Source: Pelomyxa schiedti
Taxonomy: Eukaryota > Protista > Evosea
Reading direction: 5' to 3'
Assembly (NCBI GenBank): GCA_020536535.1
Contig: JAHLWZ010000582.1
Coordinates: 15,265-79,264, forward strand
DNA length: 64,000 nucleotides
Both the position numbers and the translations under genes were made by a program. The notes under the pieces are model-generated. The model saw only the letters and a program-made list of their open reading frames with translations. It searched no databases and was not told where the DNA came from. Below are positions 58,253 to 64,000 of this stretch, in pieces (within the stretch, counting starts at the first letter, position 1; each line of letters starts with the position of its first letter).

Positions 58253-61039
58253 ATGCATGCGACCGAGACACCGCCCACACAGGCGTGCCCTCCGACCGTC
58301 GCGAGTGACGTGCACCCCAGTAGTGCTGCAGGGGCACAACAAACACAAATTGTTGTCAATAATACAGGCAATTATGAACTGTTTTTTTTTTTTCAGTCTC
58401 GTAATTCTCATCCTTTCTATATATGCAGCTGGCTTTCTTATCTCACATGAGGGTGACAGAGTTCCCATACCACCAGGTTGCTTGGTGTACCTGAAAGCTG
58501 AAGTCGTTGGTCAGCGCGTAGCTCTGAGCAAATCTGACATTGATTATGTATTCGACACCTTGGGGAAACCATCGGCACAAAAATCGTGGAATATTGACAA
58601 GGTTACACGCACCAACAGGATACTTGGACTAAACAAAAATAGATAATGGCCATATGCAACCCTGTATATAGGCCAATGGTGGAATCTTTATGGAGGATGG
58701 TGGAATCTATTTCCAATTTGCAAAAGGTTAAACCCCCAGTGCTACTTACAGGTTGAGCACTTTTTTCATTGGTACACACTAAAATTTTCTTCAGGTGTTT
58801 TGGTACAAGACAATAAAGAAGTTCTCCTGCAGTACTATAAAACTGGAAAAGTAATGGCAATTTCGGGAAATGAACTCCTTGCCTCTCTGGAACAATGCAT
58901 TAGGACTATCAAAAACACGTGGTGGAGTGAATACTACACTTCTAATATGCCTTTTGTGGTTCTAGATGGCAGTTTGGGCATTGGTAAAACCCAGATGGCT
59001 TTCTCATTGAATTCAGATGTCATGTATGTTGACAGCAAACTTAAATTCACAAACAAATAGCCAGATATCTTGTCTGGGAATATGCACATTATTCCCAACC
59101 CATTTATGAATGCTGGAAATCACTGTCCGAAACATTCATGGAGTGCATGAAACGAGATGTTGGAAACTGGATGGCCGATAGGGAAACGTGCCCCTACAGT
59201 GAAGATTTAAGAATGTCTGGAAAGGCTTTTTGGACCATTGCGTGGTTCCACTGGTGCTTAGGTGCACATCAAAAACTAATTCCACCCGTACATTCAGCCT
59301 CTTCTACAGCAGTGCCAGCTTTCCAGTTCCCCAACATGCTTCCATTTTCCCTGTTGGGAAGGAGCTTCAATGATTCCATCGAGCGACCAATGACCATTGC
59401 ACAATTTCATGCCGCCTGGCCAGATACACCTGGTGGCAACAACAAACCAACAGTGTTTATTGACGAAATCCCAACAGTGGACGACATTACGGAACTAATA
59501 TTCATTCGAAACCTCTGCCGGGTACTTGGGCTGGTAGTAATCTTGTCAGGGACAAACTCCAGAGCCACAAATGGGGTAAAATCTTTTAAGGATTATCCAT
59601 CACGTATTATATCGGCACCCCACCTGTGGTGCTACTTGTTCACACATCCGTCACGGGCATCCCTCAGCAGTTTGAGAGAGTGTTGGGTACCTGATGTGGA
59701 AGTGCTCCGCAAAAGATGCTACGAGTTACAACCAAATTTTGGTGAATTTATTGACTATTGTACCAAGACTAGCCGAGCCTTGCTTGTCATGACGATGTTC
59801 ACACACCTTAGAGACTTACTACCCCCCTCATCACAATCAACTTCTTCATCTTCGGATTCCCCACACCAAGCCCTCCTTGTCCTGAATGCCTTGTTCTGTC
59901 GAATGCATAAAACTCTGACTGATGACAAGCCCCAAATTTATGAGGAGGAAGTGGGACAAGCTGGGCAGATTTTATTGTTCTTCCCAGCACAAAAATCGAT
60001 AAACACGGAGTTTCTTTCTCACCATTTTGCCCACCTGTTTCTTGATGGGGATTATGTACCTTACTACAAAGTATACACGGAACTTGGATCTTTGTACTAT
60101 CACACTTCTGAAAAATCAGCAAGAGTAACAAAATTGACTCCTCTGTGTTCCTTTCCAACCCTAGTTGAGGAACCTTTGCTCTTCTTGAGCCTGTGTGGCA
60201 ATAGACAGATTTCTCCATTTTTGAACAAAAAGAAACACAGAATACCACTAGTTGAGGCCTGGCCCGCCATATTTCCGTTTTCCACCTCAATAGTGGATCC
60301 CTCAAAACCCAGCGTAGCCAGGGAACTGCAGGGTGTCAACCCACTCACCAACCAGCAGCCAAGGCTCTGTACCCTCAAATCCAAAAAAGATACTTCTGGA
60401 AATACTAGACTTATGATGGAACATTACGCAGGAGTTGCTGTTTCCGCAGCGTCACATAGGGGAGGTTTTCAGGGGCAATCACTGGCAAGGTTCCTTCATT
60501 CACTTTTGTTCCACTTGTATGGTGAGTCGTCCAAACCCTGTTCTCAATCATCCAGTGGCAACTTGTGTTGCAGAATATGGCGATCTATCTGTAGGGTGTC
60601 CACAGACAAGCTGATGAAACGAGTTATACCATTTCTGTCAACCCATAACAATCCCTTCACAGAGGGTCTTTCCTGCCTCGACGCAATACCTGGTGCCTAT
60701 GTTGACGATTTAATCATTGCGAAAAACTCGAAGGACATTGACCTTAAAGGAGGTAAAATAGTCATAGAGTGCAAAGATTGGAAAAAAGGCTTCCCCTCAA
60801 ACCAAGTCGAATCGGTGATAAGAAAGTTTAAGCAACACAAATACTGGCGACTTGGGATTATATTTTGCCGCAAGATACCGAAGAAGTACCGGTCACTTCC
60901 CACAAAGATCTATGAGAAACAAAATATATCTCTCTTCTCTGTTCGAATTGCAAGAGGAAAGTCACTGGTCACCCACATTTCTGCCCCCAAAAAACAGTCA
61001 AGAATCATTCTGATACTGCCGCTGAGTACAGGACTCTAG
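58253..61039 (+). CDS. Crinkler/RHS-type (CR) effector-like protein: header, P-loop NTPase, C-terminal PD-(D/E)xK restriction-endonuclease-like domain
   Basis: Walker A FVVLDGSLGIGKTQMAF, Walker B VFIDE, FIRNLCRVLGLVVILSGTNS, AASHRGGFQG, C-terminal DIDL..IECKDW. The final exon is 633 aa; 5' exons are uncertain. Confidence 0.72.
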
Positions 61040-61168
61040 TGACTTTCCGTTTCATATAAAGACATACAGCTACATCCTTTCTAGATAGGCACTGCTTTCA
61101 CATTGCTATGGTGAGCTTTGTCAATGTTCAAACCAAAGAAAAGTTGGAAATGAGAGTGAAGGAATTCC

Positions 61169-62641
61169 CTATTCTATTGAAAGAAAGCAAGAGTGTTGAG
61201 TGAGAGACACGTTAGCTGTCTGTGGGTTCTCCACTCGGACATAGAGTGAGAGGATGAGGCAACCTGTGACAGAATCATAGCAGTTCACAGTGTTTCGGTG
61301 TCCACCATTGTCCTTTGGGTACGTCAGCACCAGTCCCAGGTGTGAGCACAGGAACTTTGGGTCGCTGGTAAATGACCATTGCCTTAGTGGCTTGTGCTGC
61401 AGATCCGCGATGTGAACAAGGTGGAATTCGGTGGGGGAGTCCTCAACCAGAACGTGATTATGTCCTGCAGGGTGCACGCGGCTACTGGGAAAGTGAACCG
61501 GCGAACCTGAGAAGGCATCCACAACCAGTATTGGGCTGCGGAGTGACACTGTAGCAAAGAACACAAATAGGCGGCCTCCTTGGCTTGGGTTCATGATGAA
61601 TAACGGCCGTAGAGCGTCTGCAATCCTAAAGAGTATGCTGCATGCCACAGCCAACTTCCCCCTGGTGAACGATTTCTCCAAGTCGATGAAATCCATGCTC
61701 CACTGCCCCTCTGACAGCTTCCGTAGCATGCAGAGTTCATTCTCCCTCGCGATGCTACCCCCTGTTTTTGTGAATTGCAGCATGAAGCTGGCGTGGTCAT
61801 ACGATGGTTTAAGATACCCCTCCTCAGGCAGGCTTATCTCGCACACGCACCCTGGTTCCGGAGACACCGGGAACAACCCGCGCACTCTCCACAGCATCAC
61901 AACAGCCCTCCTCGGACAAGGTGCCACCACCCACCTGCTGTTACAACAGCACCAAACAAGGGAGAAGTCGAACCCCCACTCGATGTTTAGCTTTGCCACG
62001 AGCTCCACCCTGTGCCTCCCGCCCCCCCGCTGCATCGTCGCATCATCATCATCATCATCATCACCACCACCATGGGTCATCATCATCATCGATGGGTCAG
62101 CCGAGCCCGCATACACCGCCGCGCCCTGGCGGCCATCGCCGTCGCCGTCGGCGTCGGGCCTGCACTGCACCACGTACAGGCTTGGCTCCCCCACGGAGCC
62201 TTTGACCAGAACGGACCTGCCGCGGCCCAGGAAGCCACACACCATGGTGTTGGGGCCGGGGTCCGCGGCCCACGGGCCGTCGGTAACCCCTGTGGTCCCA
62301 GACATCCCGGCCACGACCCACGCCCACCTGGAGCTTGTCGGCGACGTGCCTTCGTCGCACAGCAGCCGGAACGCCACCCTCCTCTCGGTCCTGGTCACCA
62401 ACTCCTGGCCAATGTAGGTCACCACGGGCCACGGCAGCGTCCCCACGCCTCCGCCTCCGCCTCCTCCTCCTCCTGGTGATTGGGACGCACGTGTCGGCTT
62501 GCATGAGGCTGACCTTGGTCGTTTGGCTGGCTGCGGTTGTTGCAGTGCTGCCGATGAGTTGTTGTTCCCTGCGCGCCACGCAGCCACCGCAAACGTGACG
62601 AATTGGTCTCGGGCGTACAGGCACTTCGTCACGCGAAACAT
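61169..62641 (-). CDS. Intronless lineage-specific hypothetical protein (N-terminal ARDQF motif, beta-rich body)
   Basis: ~490-aa ORF from ATG 62641 with ARDQFVTF, LPWPVVTYIGQELV, CNSRWVV and FIDLEKSF. Resembles expanded families I recall from Pelomyxa (unverified). Confidence 0.6.
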   Translation of the reverse strand: MFRVTKCLYARDQFVTFAVAAWRAGNNNSSAALQQPQPAKRPRSASCKPTRASQSPGGGGGGGGGVGTLPWPVVTYIGQELVTRTERRVAFRLLCDEGTSPTSSRWAWVVAGMSGTTGVTDGPWAADPGPNTMVCGFLGRGRSVLVKGSVGEPSLYVVQCRPDADGDGDGRQGAAVYAGSADPSMMMMTHGGGDDDDDDDATMQRGGGRHRVELVAKLNIEWGFDFSLVWCCCNSRWVVAPCPRRAVVMLWRVRGLFPVSPEPGCVCEISLPEEGYLKPSYDHASFMLQFTKTGGSIARENELCMLRKLSEGQWSMDFIDLEKSFTRGKLAVACSILFRIADALRPLFIMNPSQGGRLFVFFATVSLRSPILVVDAFSGSPVHFPSSRVHPAGHNHVLVEDSPTEFHLVHIADLQHKPLRQWSFTSDPKFLCSHLGLVLTYPKDNGGHRNTVNCYDSVTGCLILSLYVRVENPQTANVSLTQHSCFLSIE

Positions 62642-62719
62642 TGAGCGTAAAAGAATTCGAGAGTTAAGGAGAATCCCTTTGGCGGGCAAAGAATAGGTGC
62701 AATTACCATTTTTGTTTTG

Positions 62720-64000
62720 TTACAGAACCGCACTTTCGAGCATAGTGACTGTGAAAGCATCAGCATCCAGCTCTACCTAGTAAAAATGGTAACAATTTTG
62801 CAGCCGAAAGGGTTGGAATATAAAAGCACACACCTCTACACCAATTGGTAGTGTCCACATATCATCAATGTGCCCAAACATTGCACCGTAGTAAGCGGGA
62901 ATATGGAGAGGTACTATGTAATCTTCCAGCATTTCCCTCAGGGTTATTGTATCACTAGGAGCCCTGGGGCTGGCATCACAGGAGGAGCAAACCCCCCAGA
63001 CGATCCTTGTAATGTGAATGTGTGGTTATTACTTAATTTCTTACCCGGCCAAATCTGAAGAATGTTACTGTAGACAAAATGATGATTCAAACACACCATC
63101 AAAAAATCCTGCTAGTTCCAACTGGCGCATCATTCTATCCAACTGGAGGACGGTTATTTAATTCTTTCTTTGCGGAAAAGTAACACACGGAGTATACAGG
63201 TTCGTCAACATCTTCTAAAAACAGAATTGCACCTATTTAGGAAATACTTAAAACCAAGCAAAACGTAACCCCTTTCACACCTTTAAACAGGTCTGCGGTG
63301 AGATATTGCCAGCCAATCATTGCAGTGAGAAGCGAAAGATTTCCCCCAATTAGCTTTCCCCTGAATTGCATAAGTTTATCATATTTCTACAAAAAGTATG
63401 CCTTGCTTTGCCTTTGTTGATTGTGTAAAGTTCCGACTGCCAATCAGGAGAATTCTGGAAAGTAACTAACGTTCCTTGCATGATAACGTCGGAGAAGTAT
63501 CTTTGTCCATCCAAATTACTTACAAAAGAATGAATTTGAGCCCAAACTCACTGGGAATTAACGGATCCAACCCAGTCATCAATACCCATAGGCCCGTGGA
63601 AAGTTACCATCCCTGTGCGAGCATAAACGGCAATGATCAGTGCCGTGAGGTCACTGTACCCTACAAGAGGCTTTGGATTCTGAGCAATGACATCATAATC
63701 TAGCAGGTCCAAAATTCTGTAATGGTTCATTTGGTATGGGGAAGAAGTCACTATCGTAACCTAAATAAAGTGAAGGAGAACCTTGGATATAGTTACCTGG
63801 GGCATCCATAGCCTCCCCTGTTGGCTATTATAGCATTCACGGAACTGTTAGAGAACGCCTCCATAACATCACTGGCGCGCATCTCGTCCGTTCCAGCCAA
63901 GTACCTACGCAGAATCAAAATCCGAAGCAGAAGCAGAAGCAGAAACAGAAACAGAAACAAAAACAAAGCACAGTCACCCTGGGCACGCATACATAGCATG
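62720..64000 (-). CDS. Peptidase S66 family LD-carboxypeptidase (LdcA-like); the 5' end lies beyond the window
   Basis: [28 protein letters not shown] (Ser), [26 protein letters not shown] (Glu), FGH (His), LPIG. Confidence 0.93.
63924..63968 (+). repeat. (AGAAGC/AGAAAC)n microsatellite in an S66 gene intron
   Basis: Directly visible tandem hexamers. Confidence 0.85.

Overview
Gene-dense eukaryotic DNA with very short GT-AG introns (mostly ~35-55 nt), short intergenic spacers and low-complexity S/T/P/Q tracts. The ORF track is therefore fragmented, and I assembled the genes by hand from splice signals; boundaries are approximate. Intron size, anaerobe-type enzymes and lineage-specific families suggest an archamoeba such as Pelomyxa (inference only). 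About 27 genes can be read: CARMIL-like LRR protein, 2xUBA protein, LCAT/PLA2G15-like lipase, FrnE/DsbA selenoprotein, DCN1-like, NT-C2+DIL, L7Ae/Rpp38-like, ACOT9, GH2 exo-glucosaminidase, SERBP1/Stm1-like, RhoGAP-FAM13, Ras, YrhK-like, PreA-like dehydrogenase, ornithine cyclodeaminase, vWA-RING, divergent Ran, GH28, EEP, Crinkler-type NTPase-REase, S66 LD-carboxypeptidase and several hypotheticals. Four items stand out. (1) One spliced gene (22907-28685) fuses a CBM20-like domain and a PH domain to NINE tandem PNPOx-like/GSP26 split-barrel flavin-binding domains, built from phase-0 exon modules. (2) An FrnE/DsbA gene missed by the ORF track has an in-frame UGA at the first Cys of CxxC (U-P-W-C) and a SECIS-like 3' hairpin with an unusual 19-nt insertion. 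(3) A Ran paralogue has a degenerate switch II and an N-terminal FG-like extension. (4) Two distant paralogues of a putative Zn-binding DNA-binding family share an equivalent 142-nt exon. No rRNA, tRNA, CRISPR array or intact transposon was recognised. A 100-N gap lies at 32198-32297.
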